Shown: positions 37,951 to 52,200 of the stretch, piece after piece | Position numbering within the stretch: position 1 is the first letter of the stretch | How the letters are laid out: every line of letters starts with the position of its first letter | From: Camelus dromedarius | Lineage: Eukaryota | Direction of reading: 5' to 3' | DNA length: 64,000 nucleotides | NCBI RefSeq assembly: GCF_036321535.1 | Contig: NC_087437.1 | Span: 14,386,001-14,450,000, forward strand | The notes under the pieces: generated by a model | Seen by the model: only the letters and a program-made list of their open reading frames with translations | Database searches by the model: none | Told to the model about the DNA's origin: nothing | Program-made: the position numbers and the translations under genes

Positions 37951-39161
37951 CAAGGGGAGGGAAGCGCAGACATTCATGGGGTCATAGGGTGGGAGTGGAG
38001 GTCATGGAGACTGACTCCTTTGTTGAGAGAGCCATAACTCAAGGGGAAAGGAGCTTCTCCAGGACACACAGCCAGTGGGTGGCAGGGTTGAGACTCTCGT
38101 CCAGGGACGCTGACTCGGGCCTGCTGAGTTTCAGATTTCCACGCAGCTGTCTCCACTGCCAGACCCTCCTCAAGAGGTCTCATAAGACCAGTTCTTTGCC
38201 TCTCAGCTTTTGTTAGTATTGACTCTTCTCTTCCTATCTCCTCCTTCCAGGAATATTTCTTGCTTTGTATACTTTTTTATCTTAGCTCTGCAAATCATTG
38301 AGCTTTGCAAACAGTTAGAGAATACGAGCTGTTCAAGACATAGTACAAAGCCAATGTAAACGTGGGGGAAGAATCTCCTGCCTCCTTATGTGAAACCGTA
38401 AATATAAAGCAAATTGTTTTCATTGCTTTTATCCATTTCCTCCACCTTATAGCCTCAAAGGTGTCTGAAGGATAATTTCTTTCTGTGCCATGAAAAGCAC
38501 TGCCCACCGTGGTGCTTATTCACTTTATTTTCCTTTTATAATGGAAAAGTAAAAATGCAATGTAAGAGGACCACTGCAGCACAGCACTGATTCTCAAATC
38601 AGAGGCGGCAACAAGAAATGGCAATAGATTGAGTTATAAGGATTTCCCTTCTCCTTTTTATTTTTTAATGCATGTTACTATATACTCATAGGTTTTTACC
38701 TATTCACTATGTTACAATCATAGTCTTTTTTTTTTAACTAAATTCGTCCACTGGAAGTCTCTTTAATCTGGTTCCTGTGTCTTTTTGATATAACCCTATT
38801 AATCTTTAAGTTGTTGCTTGCCTTCTGTGACAGTGGGATGTCACAATAAGATGTCATGGTGTATATTCTTGCTAGTTCTTTTTGGGGGGGGTAATTATTT
38901 CAGTTTTTTATTCTGTGGAAGAATAGAAGGAGTAGTCTAGAGTGTATGGATTTTAGAACTCCTTGAAAAAGTTTGAAAGCCATTAGTTAGATCACTGTGC
39001 CATTTGTGACTTCAAAAAAAAAAACTACTTAAATCTTCAGGAGCAATATTTTTAGAGTCTTATTCTGGAAACGGAATTTATAAGTTTTCTAAATCAAGAG
39101 TTTCTATTTTTCACTAATTTCATCCTTTCTCCCTTTCAACTCTTCCACTTACTCTTCTCTT

Positions 39162-39172
39162 TGCTGAGTCAC
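39162..39172 (-). promoter_or_regulatory. AP-1 / antioxidant-response (NFE2L2-MAF) motif
   Basis: tgctgagtcac is the reverse complement of GTGACTCAGCA, the full consensus. It lies next to a CpG-rich patch. Motif match only. Confidence 0.3.
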
Positions 39173-39384
39173 ATTTTTAAAAAAGAGAAGAGAAGAGAAA
39201 GAATACACTGGTAATTGCTTACTAAGGAAACTTCACAAGAAAAGAAATAGCATTCTCAGATACTGATCCCGCCCAGAGAGCGGTGACAGAGATAGCATAC
39301 CCAGACGTCCGCTGTCCTCGGTGACCGTCTTTGCTCGGAGGGCCATCCCTCCGGCCTGTCCAGCGTCGGCTAGAGGCAAAAGCA

Positions 39385-39600
39385 GCTTTTGCACTTCAGG
39401 GCCGGCGTGCCTGGACTCACACTTTAGCCCTCCCCTTGCTTAATTTCTGTAACGTTCGCGTTTTCCTCCCTCCAGCACCAATCGTTGAAGTGAGGCAAAA
39501 CCAGCCTTGTAATTTGGAGGTGAGGATTAAATGACAAATTCTACACAGTGTAAGCACAGGACCTGAGGCAAAGCAAGGGTTCAGCAGTTGTTGAATTCCT
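39385..39600 (+). mobile_element. Degraded MIR
   Basis: 'gtgaggattaaatgacaa...gtaagcacaggacctg'. Confidence 0.55.
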
Positions 39601-40528
39601 TCTGCCTTGTATTAAATTTGCACATGCGGGCTGTGTATCTGCCTCATTTCTGTAAATTTTTTAAACTAAATATAAGACAACTACAACAACTACATAAAAT
39701 ACAGTTTGATGAACTGTCATGGATGAGCATTCTTTGAAACATCACCCACGTGAAACAGGCCTCGTCTTCCTCCACTGGACGACGTACGTGCTGGAGAGCA
39801 GGACACAGCCTTGCTTCCATAGAGTGGATGATTCTATATCACCTTGCACTGCCAGAGGTCAGACATGCCAATGAGAGAAGACACTGCATTTAGCTAAATT
39901 AAGTTGTCCCAAATCCAGCAAAGACTTTGCTAGCAAAACGGAGAGCTCTTTGTCCAGGACGGTGTGGCCCGGGCATTGATGTGAGTTAGCGGCACAATTC
40001 CATACCCTGCTCCTGTGGCCATGGAAGGAGTGGCCTGCTTTGTAGTTTTTAAATCACAGTATGACTAGGAAAAATGCAGATGTTTAGAAATCTTTGTGCT
40101 CATCCCAGGAGTCCTGAGCTCCCACTTGTAAAAAGGAAGTTCATAATGTTGGGAGTCCCCGAGGAGGAAGACGCAGCTTTAGGATCTTGGCTCTTTCGAC
40201 CTTCAGTCAGTGGTGGTGACCGGTGGTTGGCTGCAATCCTAATGCCGACATACCGGGCTCCCCTGGCCTCCCTCTTCTCTGGCTCCTCCCCGTTACACTC
40301 TTTGGCTGTGGCTCTGCTTTGTGTCTCCGTGACCTGCTGTCCACTTTCCAGGTCTCTGGGCTGGCTAGAAATTCTTGGCAAGTTCTGAACACTGCCTCCA
40401 GGAGTTCCCTCACACCTTAACCAAGGGAATGTCTTTTTTCTTCTCTCTGTTCTTTTTTTTTTTTTTCTGTTTTGTCTTCTTTCTGTTTGCTTTTTTTGTT
40501 TGTTTTTTGTTTCTTTTTCTTCTGCTAG

Positions 40529-40592
40529 ACTTTTAAAAAATGTCATGAAGCTGTGACATTATGACAATCTTGGTATTGCTTTTTGGAACCAG
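40529..40592 (+). other. Candidate 64-nt non-coding or cryptic exon
   Basis: ~95-nt T-rich tract, then 'ctgctAG', and donor 'CAG|GTAAGG'. Stops in all three frames. Confidence 0.3.
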
Positions 40593-43339
40593 GTAAGGGA
40601 GGCTTACTTCTGTTATTAAGACTGGTTGTGCCAGGCTCACACTGTCCACCTCAGAGCACACCCTGGCACTGCTGATTAGCTTGCTCTGCACCTTGTCTCT
40701 CTAACAAGACTGTAGGTACCTTGAGAGTAGGGAGCATGTCTGTCTTTCTTTCTTGACACCTGAGCACTGGGCGTTGCCATCCATCTACCATGTGTGGCAA
40801 CAGCCAGAGAAGAGCCTTGAGTTTGCCATTTTGTTTTGCCCAGCCATCATGTAGCAGGTCAGGTCACAGCCGATCGTGTCATTAGAGTCAAGGTCTAACT
40901 AGCTGGTGCTTTTGAGAAATAATGCCTTCATTACAAAGGAACGTCTTCCCTCTCATTAGAGAACTTTCAGAGAGCTGCAGAAAAATAATCATAATCTTCA
41001 TAGTGTTTGGTGAAGAGGAACAGATTGTTACCAGAGTGTTGAAATTGACTTTAGGGCATTCTTTCTCAATCAAGGCTCAAATATTTTGACCTGTGGTAGA
41101 CAGCTGAGGCAGTACAAGGGTGGCCATGGTCCTTGCTCCTGAAGTGTCTGTAGTCTTGTTGGAGAGACAGGCCCAGAGCAAGACAACCAGCAATGCAAGA
41201 GCATCTGAGAAGGGTGCTCTGGGACAGACAGCATGTGCTACAAGGTTGATAGAGGGAGGGAGAACGTGAAGGTCTTAAATTGGACCTTCATGAATGGGAG
41301 GATTCCTAAGAGCAGAGAGGAGGGCTGTGGAGGAGGAGACCAAGGTGTGAACAAACTAATGTGCAGGATGTATCTGAAGGAACTGAGTAGGAAAATTCAT
41401 CTGGAGTAGACAGAGGGTAAGACGAAGAAGTAATGATAGGCAAATTGAGAAGGGTTTGTCATAGATCATAGCGGGCAATAAATACCAACCTAAGGGGTTT
41501 GGAGGTGAGAAAGAGTGTTCTAATGAAGGTGATGTTCTCGGATTAGCCTTGGAAGAGCCCGCAGGGTATTAGGAGTGGAGTGGTGCTGAGAATAGTGTCG
41601 CTGACGTGGGCACAGATTGCTGCTGGGGCTGCTTTTTTGAGTAGCAAAGCTTAGGCCACTGTGTTCTCCTCCTAAACTAATTCTGCACTATTTTTATAGA
41701 TCTGTGCTAGCAGTTCATCACACAAAGAGTTTTTGCATCATTCATGGTGCCAGGCAGTACATTAACACTGTATTTTAATGTTTGACTTGGAATAAATATT
41801 GACATCAATAACTCTTTTTAAGGACATTTCTGATTGATAATAGACATCTCAATAGCTGCTTACTAGATTGAGTCCAAGAGTCATGTGGCTGTGGCATATG
41901 TGACAACCTTTGACATTGCTGTTTGAGACCAATGAGGGAAGCCTGTCATTAAGATTGGCTGTGCCGTGGCCACAAATGCCATGAGCAGCCACCCTATGTG
42001 TGCAGCCCTGGTTGCCCAGCACACTGATGCATGGGAAGGGCACCTTCAGAATGATGTCATGATGTCAGTCGTCTGGTCAATTTGCCAGCATATGTTCTGC
42101 GCCTTTTCTATAATTTTAATGTATCATATTTGAATTTTTTATTAAAAATAGGTTTTAGTTTGTTCTTCTAAAGTAAATGCATCTGAATCATATTTTTAGC
42201 TGTAGTTAATTCATTTTTGGTCCACTTTAATCTGAATGTGCCTCATAACCTTTGGTGGTGCTCTGTGGTCAGATAAGTTTGGAGACACCAGTATAGTTTG
42301 TCGCTTCATATGGATAGTGACTGAGTAAGCAGTGAACTTGACAAGGAGAGGAGAAAGAGGTTTAGGAGCCTCAGAGAGTCTGGCTCTATGAATATCTACC
42401 TTCCTTAATCCCAGATTTGTACTAGACCACATGGTTCAGAGGTATAAACTAGCTTTATTTGAAAAAGCTAATGGTCTGGTTAGAAATCTTGTTTATGCAT
42501 AAGCTGACCTGCTGAAGGTAGGTCTAAGTATCTTGAATAGATGGAAAATGGGCCTGTTGGCTGACTGCATACCAGCATTTGTTAAGTATTCCAAGTTCAA
42601 TCAAATGTCAGTTTAGAGTGTGTTCAATATGTAGATTAAGTCCTGAACCAAAATACACAAAAATGAAAGGCTCAACTAATAGAATTTAAAGGCAAGTTGA
42701 TACTCTGCCAACTTTGTGAGTTGAGCATAAGCAGAAGATTAAAATGAGACCAGTGAAGATGGAGAATGTGGTAGAGATGGAAGAAGATGACCAGTGATGA
42801 TCAGGCTTGTTACTGAAACCCTGGAGAGCTTGTTGCAAGTTACTAATTACAAGCGAAACATTCACTACCCAAGAAGATTACAGCTTTTAGAACACGTAAA
42901 TCCCTAACGTCCTTCATGTACAACATGAGCCAGGCAAAAGGTGGCAGTGAGCATTTCTAAAGTTTCAGACATCTCAAGACAGTGATATGATTTTCATTGC
43001 TTGATAAATACAATTCTTCAGGAGAATCTTTCCCCCTGACTTAATAAAGAGGGGATTTCACATAGCTGCTGTTGGAGTCCAGTGAATAAGGGTTTTGTGT
43101 TCCATGTATCATTGGCTCTTTCTCATATCAGCTCTGGGAAGGATGACTTTGGTACAAAGCTGTCAATATGCGTCAATAAGGCATTTCCCACTTTAAATTA
43201 TAAAGATATACTCATATATTGCCAAATAAGTCTTGATAAATCAAATGCACTACCATTTTTGTATTGATTCCATAAGACATTCTGAAGTTTCATTGTAAGA
43301 GTGAGGTGAAGCAATCTTCCAGAGAAATCCAACGGTTAA

Positions 43340-43900
43340 TAGTTTGGAGTTTTTCCTTCCAGTATAACTTACATGCATATAGGTATGTATTTTTTATTTT
43401 ATAAAGTTGAGATCATACAGTATATAAGAATATATGCCCTACTTTTTCACACGTCATATAATTTACCATGTTATTAAGTGTTCTTCGAGAACATGAACTT
43501 TTAAGGACTGAATAGTTTTCTATTATTGGATGTCCTAGAATTTATTTACTAACATTCCCTTTTTGTTAAATGATCATTATCTGCTGTTTTTTCACTTGTA
43601 TAAAAACAATGATGGTTATCCTTGCACGTCAGACAAGTGTTTGTGAATTTTTTAGGATAAATTAATGTAAGTTAAGTTATTGGTTAAAATACATTTTTAA
43701 AATAAACGTCACTAGAATGCTTCCAAAAAGCTGACTCCTGTTTCTGTTTTGTCTAGGACTATGAAAAAAATGGCTATTTCAGTGTGCTCCACCAACACTA
43801 AGTGTTACTGTTAAAAATTATTTTGCAGATTCATAGATAAAACATGGTATCTTATTTTAATTTATGTTTATTTTTCCAAGAAATTGAATTTCTCCGTATA
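43340..43900 (-). mobile_element. Ancient L1ME-like fragment
   Basis: 'gagatcatacagtatat', 'aatttatttactaacattccct', 'aaacatggtatcttattttaattt'. Confidence 0.55.
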
Positions 43901-44389
43901 TTTGTGTCCTTGTATTTACTGCTTTGGGTAATTCTGAGCTCTAGAAAGTGACCCTCTTTGCAGATTGGCTTCAGTACGAGCATGAGTGATGGGGCAGCAG
44001 TTATAGTTTGTAACTAACCACAAACCCAGGCGAAGGACAGCCATTCTCATAGACTGACTGATTAGATCAGCAAATATATATCTACTTAATGCACACTTGT
44101 CATAGCTTTGTGTTCCTTATTAATTCTTTCCCTGACATTTATTGATTATGGTTCATAATATGGTTTGGTAATTCATTAAAAAATAACTGTGTGATGGGTG
44201 GAATAGTTTTTCTTATTATGGATTTACAGATTCATTAGTATCATACTTTAAAAACTGCATATTCACCACCAGTATTTCAATTTATTCACCACCAACCTAT
44301 GCAAATTCTTCGGCTTGAGGAATACTTGGAGAGACCATCCGGATCATTTTTCTGCCCTGAGACACAGCCTAATCAAATTAGGCTGGAAG

Positions 44390-44620
44390 AGGCCATAGAG
44401 GGAAAGTACTATGTTAAATCGGGAAGCTTGGTTTTGAATCCTGGCCCTCTGAGGGACCTTGGCCAAGCCAAACTTCTCCATCTAAGCCAAGCCTTCAAGT
44501 CTCCATCTGTAAAGTACGAATAACAATCCCAGCTTTACTTACCATAAAATGTGTTCATTGAAAAATAAAAGATACATATAACATACAAAACACTTTGTAA
44601 ACTTATAAAGTATGGAAATG
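44390..44620 (+). mobile_element. MIR
   Basis: 'ggttttgaatcctggcc...gaccttggccaag...aagtctccatctgtaaagt...aaaacactttgtaaact'. Confidence 0.7.
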
Positions 44621-47299
44621 TAAAGTATTGTAGAATGTATTTCATTAAAGGACTCAGTCATGAGCTGAGTAAATATTGATTAACATGGATTAATTATTTT
44701 GTACATGGCCTTTTTGTTTCTAGGCCCCAAAGTTTTACACACAGTTTGGCTCATACCTGAAAGAGCGTACTCCCTGACTCTCTCTATGCATACTAATTTT
44801 CTCTTTCTAAAAACTGATAGAAACGTCTCTGATTTGAGGACATCTAAGAACCATCATGGTAGCATAAACACATGAATGTTTCGTGCTTGTTTTGAGCCTC
44901 TCTGAAAATACTCATTATTTGGTACCTCCTCTTGTTAAGTTTCAAGTCTTGTCTTTTCTTGTCTGAGAAAATACTGAGTCTATAAAGTTAGTGATTTCAG
45001 CAATACCTACATCTTCAAAATTACAAGGCATGCTTTGGGAGGAGGCTTGCAGCTTCTTCCTCTGATGAGAACTAAGGCATTCTTCTTTGATAACTGTCGA
45101 AATGGCAGGGAGGGTAGCCAGGAGGAAACAGTCCATCATTTGAGGCTTGAATTAATAAACAATTAAGTGATGGAAATAAATCAGCTTCATTTCAGATCTA
45201 GGCTGACAAGAAACCAGCTATGAAAATTCAGCAGATTTCTAGAATATTCTTTCACACTGATTAGTTGGCACACTCACAGTGCTGTGAGGCATGGCCATTA
45301 TTTCCTAAATTCCAGGGTCTGGGAACTGCAGCTGGTAGTATCCTCTAGTCTCTTTCACACAATTGATAGTTAAAAGTTTTCTATTTCTATCAAATTTTAA
45401 ATTTATAATTTGCTTTGAGTTGTACAACATTAAATGTATCGAAATATTATAATACTTTACTTTTTAGAATCTTAGAAGCTTTTAAAATAGCATTTGCTCA
45501 TAATTCTACAACTGCAACACAATGGCCATTATTATTTTAATTAATTTTTAACCTTTTAAAAGCATGGTTTTACAAAGTGTAATCACAGATTATATTCAGT
45601 AGTAACTTTTCATTTAGCACTAAATTCTAAACAGTTTTCCTAATTCACAGTGTAGATTTTATGTTAATTATCAAGATGTTAGTTGCAAATTCATTTTCCA
45701 TCAAGTGATCATACTCTTAACCTTTCTCCATCGTAGGACATGTCCATAGCTTCTAATTCTATAGTTCTCTCCGAAGGTATATTTATATTATAATACATTA
45801 ATTCATAGAAACATCAAATACTTAAAAGTGGAAAGGGAAATTATGTAGAAGGAAGTGGTACAAAACTATGGAAATATCTAAAAAAGTTCACGTAGACTTA
45901 CCTGAAAAAGTTACTCTCACACCAGAGGCTTGCGAGGAGAAAGATAGTCTCACTTTTAGTATTTTATGTTTGTAGATGAGGATTTGAGAGGTTGGAATGA
46001 AGTCCCACTTGAGTTGGGGAGCTGGAACTGTCCCTGGTTGACGCCTGAACCCTCAGCACACTGTACTCGTGGTAAGGGGAGTAGGATCCTACTCCCACCT
46101 GAGCAACAAGGAGAACAGCAATGAAAACAGCAGGAAAGCTCCTTCCTTGGGCCCTAGGTGGGCAAAGTCTGGAGGTGGAAGATCTGCTTCTGGGACTGGT
46201 TCTATATCTTTATTATGTGTATGATCTTGGCCAAGTCACTGTTTCCCTGGTCTGGTTCCATCTTTGGAATCAGATCAGATAACTTCTAAGATGCTTGCCT
46301 GCATTCTCTAATTTTGTTATTTGTAAACATTCTGTCTACTCAGCGCTGCTCTGAGCTGTCTGGAATTATGGGAAATTAATGTGATTTGCAAAGCAGAGGA
46401 AATTTAATTCTGATGGAGGCAGAAATTTCTTAGAACAGATAGAAGGCCCAATGCAACTAACTTTAAAATATTTTCATGTCTTTCTTGGCATTTCAGTTTT
46501 CCTGTTAAGACAGCATATCTTTCTGAATTGGAAATCTGGCTATGAATAGAGATGCTTTCAATTTATTGAAAATGCAAGGGCTGTGACTCCTTTTCTGCTT
46601 ATTCCATTTTATCCTGCTGAGAAGTCAGTCCTTGGCCATTCATGAACCTTCCATTTACATTTCTAACAATGAGAGGGGAGTTGACATGTGAACTAGGTAT
46701 CTTGCTGGCAAAGGTCTTAAAAGCTTGAGTTGTTATAGTTCATAGGCCAGCTGTTGCATAGATGGAAACTATTGCAGCCCAAATTTCCAGTTAAGTCAGC
46801 TTCTCTCATGATGTGAAAATTTGCAGGTCTGTGTTTCTTACCCCCTCATTTCCTTTGTCCCTCCTGGTTAACCTCAGAGTCAGTCATTTTCTCCTCCCTC
46901 TACTTCCATGTGCACACAAACATGCACGAGAGATGCTGCCAGCTAGCTTGATAACCTTGGCACAAATGGGAAAAAAATCTACTTTCATTCATTTCAGGGC
47001 AATTTGGTCATACTCTCAAATCAGCCACTTGCTAGCTCTGTGGCCTTGGCTAATTTATCAGACTTGTTTTTCTCTTCTGTAAAATGAAGGCTTTTTGGCT
47101 AGAGAATCTCCAAGATCCACAAAATTATACTTTCAGAAGAATAAGGCCTGAGACATAAGTAAATGCAGGCCTGGCTCCAGGCACATTGGTAAAGCAAGAC
47201 ATGCCGTCTGCCACTGGAATTTCTTCCCTTTTTGCACACCTCATCATCACTTTCCCTCCATCCATTCCTGCCAACATCTGGCACCTAGCAGACTTCTGC

Positions 47300-47670
47300 T
47301 GTCTCCTGCTGGCTGGCTCCATTAAGCAGTGGGTTAGCATTTTATGCCATTCCCTCTGCCATCTCTCCCACTTGGCATATTCATTTGCTAGCCATCCTTT
47401 AACTTTCAGGTTAAGTGCCTCCTCCATGAAGCCATATTTGATCATCTCATCTGTATTAATCTCTCTGATCTACTAAACTTCCATACTAATAGCATTTTTA
47501 AAAAATTCATGGTATTTATTCTTGCCTTGTAAATAAAAATAAAATTTCTTTTACTGGCTTATAGTCCATCTGAAGGCAGAATATATATCCCAATTCTTGG
47601 TATAAAATCTGTTGAATGAATGAATGAATGTAAATGAGGGAGGCAGTGAATGAGTGAATGAGTGAATGAA
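47300..47670 (+). mobile_element. L2 3' end with (TGAA)n tail
   Basis: 'gcctcctccatgaagcc', 'tgaaggcaga', ending 'gttgaatgaatgaatgaatg'. Confidence 0.7.
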
Positions 47671-49289
47671 TTCGTCACTGTATTCCCATTTGGTATCATG
47701 GTGTTCAGTTAGCAGACCCTCAATAAATGTTGATAAATGAATAATTTCACTTTTCTCATTCCCTTAGGCCCTTTCTAGATAACTAGCTTCTTAATTTCTG
47801 ATTAATGAAGAGCTTATTAATAGCTGATAGCCTGATACGTTGCTGCTCAGAAAGGAATTTGTGTTCCAATAGCAGATTCAAAAGCATGACTCATTAATGG
47901 TGTACATTTCAGATAATGGACTAGAAGAGGTTCGTGGGATGTGTGGTTACATGGAGTCAGAGACAGGAGGTGGTTCCATCTACTATGCAGGTGCCTGCCT
48001 CCTAGCCTCTGCATAAAATGGATTTACATGTATTAACTTTTAATTTATTATGCAAAACAAAAATTCTCCATAGAACACTTAATAATTGTGGCAAAGCTGA
48101 CAGCCAGCTGCTGTTTTGTTCCCTTGCAAATATTCTTGCTATTCAACTGCAGTGTTCTCACGTTGGCCATCTTGGCCATGAATCTGTGAGCTGCACTAAA
48201 GAAGGAGGGCTGTCTAAGATTATCCCAAAGAAAGACAATCTGGTCTTCAGAACTTCTTCCACACTATCTTCCTGGAGTTCATGAGCAGTGCTCCCTTACA
48301 TTCACTCTTGAGGATGCAGAAGGTGGCTTTTTGCAATGTGACTGGGAGATGAGAGAGACTCTTAGGATGTTTCTACTAATGAACAGCACAGTCTTTCTTG
48401 TTTCTTTGAGTGTATGTGAGTGGCCTTACCTCATCCAAGCACACAATGCTAATGGCTCTGCCTCACCCACCACCATGGACTGTGTCTTTCCTATAATGTA
48501 CTTCAAAAGAGACGATCACTGGTAAAGAGCAGTGCAAATGTTGAAGGCCTCCTTGTTTTGTGATTGCTTAGCCTCTTACTTAATTCAGTCCCTGCAGTTT
48601 CCCATAGATTATATTTGTCACATTTTAGAAGACCAAGTATATCTAAATAATCTGGTATAATGCCCAGCAAAGTACCATGAGTGAACTGACATTGAATAAA
48701 CGACTAGTGAGGGTAAAGTGGAGGTTTGCAAATATAACAATCAAGAAACCAGGGCAAAATTCAACTTACCTTGTGCATTTGGCCCCGAGAGGAAACATCT
48801 AGTTGCCTCAGTGGAGGAGATGCCATTGTCTGTATTTGTACTGAAAGTATCTTCCCCATTCTTTTCTCCATCAGCCCTGCTGCATGTTAGAAACATTGTG
48901 TATACCTGGGGAGGGGGGGCGCTAAAACTTGATTGAATTGGCTATTCCAAATAATGTTAAAGTTACGTAGAGCCCAAGACTGTGGGTCATTGTAAGAGCA
49001 AAATACAGCCTTTGATCTGTCTGCAGAAAGCAGTGTGTTTACAAAAGCAATCACTCAAGGTTAATAGCTCTGCATCTGTGGTGTTTGGTATTTAAAGAAT
49101 CAGTTTAATGTCTTTTATTCAAAGAAAAGCCGTAACAATGTTCTGTGGTAGTTAATGCATTTCAAGTATACTTGAGATTTAAGGAGTAGACAAAAAAGAA
49201 AAGAAATAGGTTTCTCATGGTTGAGACTTCTGATGGTGAAAACAACCATTAAAAAAATCTAATTTCTTTTCTTGAAAATCTTTATTCAG

Positions 49290-52200
49290 TGTATTTAAAA
49301 AAAAAAAGTTCACCCATTTCTCCCACGCCTTACTCTCTGCCCCTTGCCAACTACCAATCTGTTCTCTGTATCTATGAGCTTGGTTTTGTTTTTGTTTTTT
49401 AAATTCCACATGTAAGAGAGCTCATATGGTATTTGTCTTTCTCTGACTTATTTCACTTAGCATAATGCCCTTGAGGCCCATCCATTTTGTCCCTGCTGTT
49501 GGAAATGGCAAGCTTTTATTCTTTTTTATAGTTGAATAATATTCTTGCCCCCTTCACACACATTCATACACACTACAATTTCTTAATCCATTCATCCATT
49601 GATGGACGCTTAGATTGGTTCCATATCTTGGCTATTGTAGATAATGCTGCGATGAGCATGAGGGTACACATATTTTTTTAATTAGTGTTTACATTTTCTT
49701 TAAATAAATGCCCATAAGTGAAATTTCTAGATCATACAGTAGTTCTATTTTTGATTTTTTTGAGGAAAATCCATGCTGTTTTCCACATTTCATGTACCAA
49801 TTTATGTTCCCACCCACAGTATACGAGGGTTTCCTTTTTGCCACAACCTTGCTGGTACTTGTTATTTCTTGACAATTTGATGATAACCATTCTAAGAGGT
49901 GTGAGATAATAACTCATTGTGGTTTTAATTGGCATTTCTCTGATGATTAATGATGCTGAGCACCTTTTCATGGACCTGTTGGCCATCTGTATGTCTTCTT
50001 TGACAAAATGTCTGTTCTTATGCCCATGTTTTTAATGGATTTTTTTTTTTGCACTATTGAGTTGTATGAGTTCTTTATGTATTTTGGATATTAGCCCCTC
50101 TTATCAGATACATGATTCACAAACATTTTCTTCCATTCTGTAGGTTCCCTTTTCATTTTGTTGGTGGTTTCTTTTTGCTGTGCAGAAGCTTTTTATTTAA
50201 TATACTCCCACTTGTTTATTTTTGCTTTTGGTGTAGATTAAAAAAATCATCTATAAGACCTATGTCAAGGAGCTTACCACCTATGTTTTCTTCTAGGAGT
50301 TTTATGATGTCAGTTCTTACATTCAAGTATTTAATCTGTTTAGAGTTAATTTTTGTGTGGTGTAAAATAGTTGTCCAGTTTCATTCTTTTGTGTGTGGTT
50401 GTCCAGTTTTACCAGCATCTTTTATTGAAAAGATTATCCTCTCCCCTTGTATATTTTTGGCTCCTTTGTTGTAATTGACCACATATGTATGGATTTATTT
50501 TTGGACTCTCTATTCCATTCTATTGATCTATATGTCTGTTTTCATTGCAAATACCATCCCGTTTTAATTACTATAGCTTTATAAGATAGTTTGAAATCAG
50601 GCCATGTGATTCTTCTAGCTTTGTTCATCTTAAGACTGCTTTGGCTATTTGGTGTCTTTTGTGTTTCCATACAAATTTTAAGATAATGGAGGTTTTAGGG
50701 TTTTCTATATATAGTATCATGTCATCTGCAAATAGAGACAAATTCTACTTCTTCCTTTTCAATTTGGGTGCCCTTGACTTTTTTTCTGGCCTAACTGCTC
50801 TGGCTAAAACTTCCAATACTATATTGAATAAAAGTGGTGAGAGTGGATATCCTTGTCTTTTTCCTGGTATTAGTGGAAAAGCTTTTGCTTTTTGCTGGTG
50901 GGTATGATGTTAGTTGTGGGCTTGCCATTTATGGCCTTTATTATGTTCAGGTATGTTCCTTCTCTTACTCACTTTGTTGAGAGTTTTTATCCTAAGTGGA
51001 TGTTGATGTTTGTCAGATGCTTTTTCTGCATCTGTTGAGATGATCACATGATTTTTATCCTTCATTTTGTCAATGTGATGTATCACATTGACTTGCAGAT
51101 GTTTGCAACATCTATGCATCCCTGGAATAAACCACACTTGATCACTGTGTATGATCCTTTTAATGTGTTGTGGAATTCAGTTTGCTAATATTTTGTTGAG
51201 GAGTCTCATCTATGTTTATCAGGGGTTTGGGCCTATAATTTTCTTTTTTGTGTACTATTCTTGTTTGATTTTGGTATGAGGGTAATGCTGACCTTGTAAA
51301 TGTGTTTGGAAGAGTTCCTCCATATTTTTCAGAAGAGTTTGAGGAAGGTGGGCATTAATTCTTTGAATGTTTAATAGAATTCACCAGTGAAGCCATCGGT
51401 TCTGGTCTTAGATTTGTAGGAGTTTTTTGATTACTGATTCAGTCTCCTTGCTAGTAACTGATCTGTTCATATTTTCTATTTCATCACGATTTAGTCTTGG
51501 TAGATTGTATATTTCTAGAAGTTTATGTGTCTCATAGGTTGTTCAATTTATTGGCATGTCATTCTTCATAGTAGTCTCTTATGATTGTTTGTATTTCTGT
51601 TGTAGTATCTCTCATTTCTGATTTGAGTCCTCTTCTTCTCTTGGTGAGTCTAGCTAAATGTCAGTTTTCCTTATCTTTTCAATGAACCAACTCTGTCACT
51701 TTAAGATAGTTTCTTTGATCTTTTCTGTGATCTCTTCTGTTGTCTTTTTAGTTGCTACTTCATTTATTTCTGCCCTAAGCATTGTTATTCTTTGCTTCTA
51801 CAAACTTTGGGCTTTGTTTGTTCATCTTTTTCTAGTTCTTTGTGGTGTAAAATTAGGTTGTTTATTTGAAACTTTTCTTGTTTCTTGAAGTAGGGATTCA
51901 TTGCTGTGACCTTCCGTCTTAGGGTTGCTTTTGCTGCATCACATAGATTTTGGATCATTGTGTTTCCATTTTCATTTGCCTCCAGGTATTTTTAAAAATT
52001 TCTTCTTCAATTTCTTCAGTGACCCATTGGTTGTTTAGTAGCATATCGTTTAGCCTCCATGTGCTTGTATTTTTTGCAGTTTTTTTTCTTGTAGTTGATT
52101 TATAGTCTTATACCATTGTGGTCAGAAAGGATCCTTGATATGATTAAAATCTTTTTAAATTTTTTGAGACTTCTTTTGTGTCTTAGCATCTTATCTATCC

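Noticed and set aside
42794..42816. C/D box snoRNA motifs (GTGATGA...CTGA)
   Set aside because: The boxes are far too close together and there is no terminal stem
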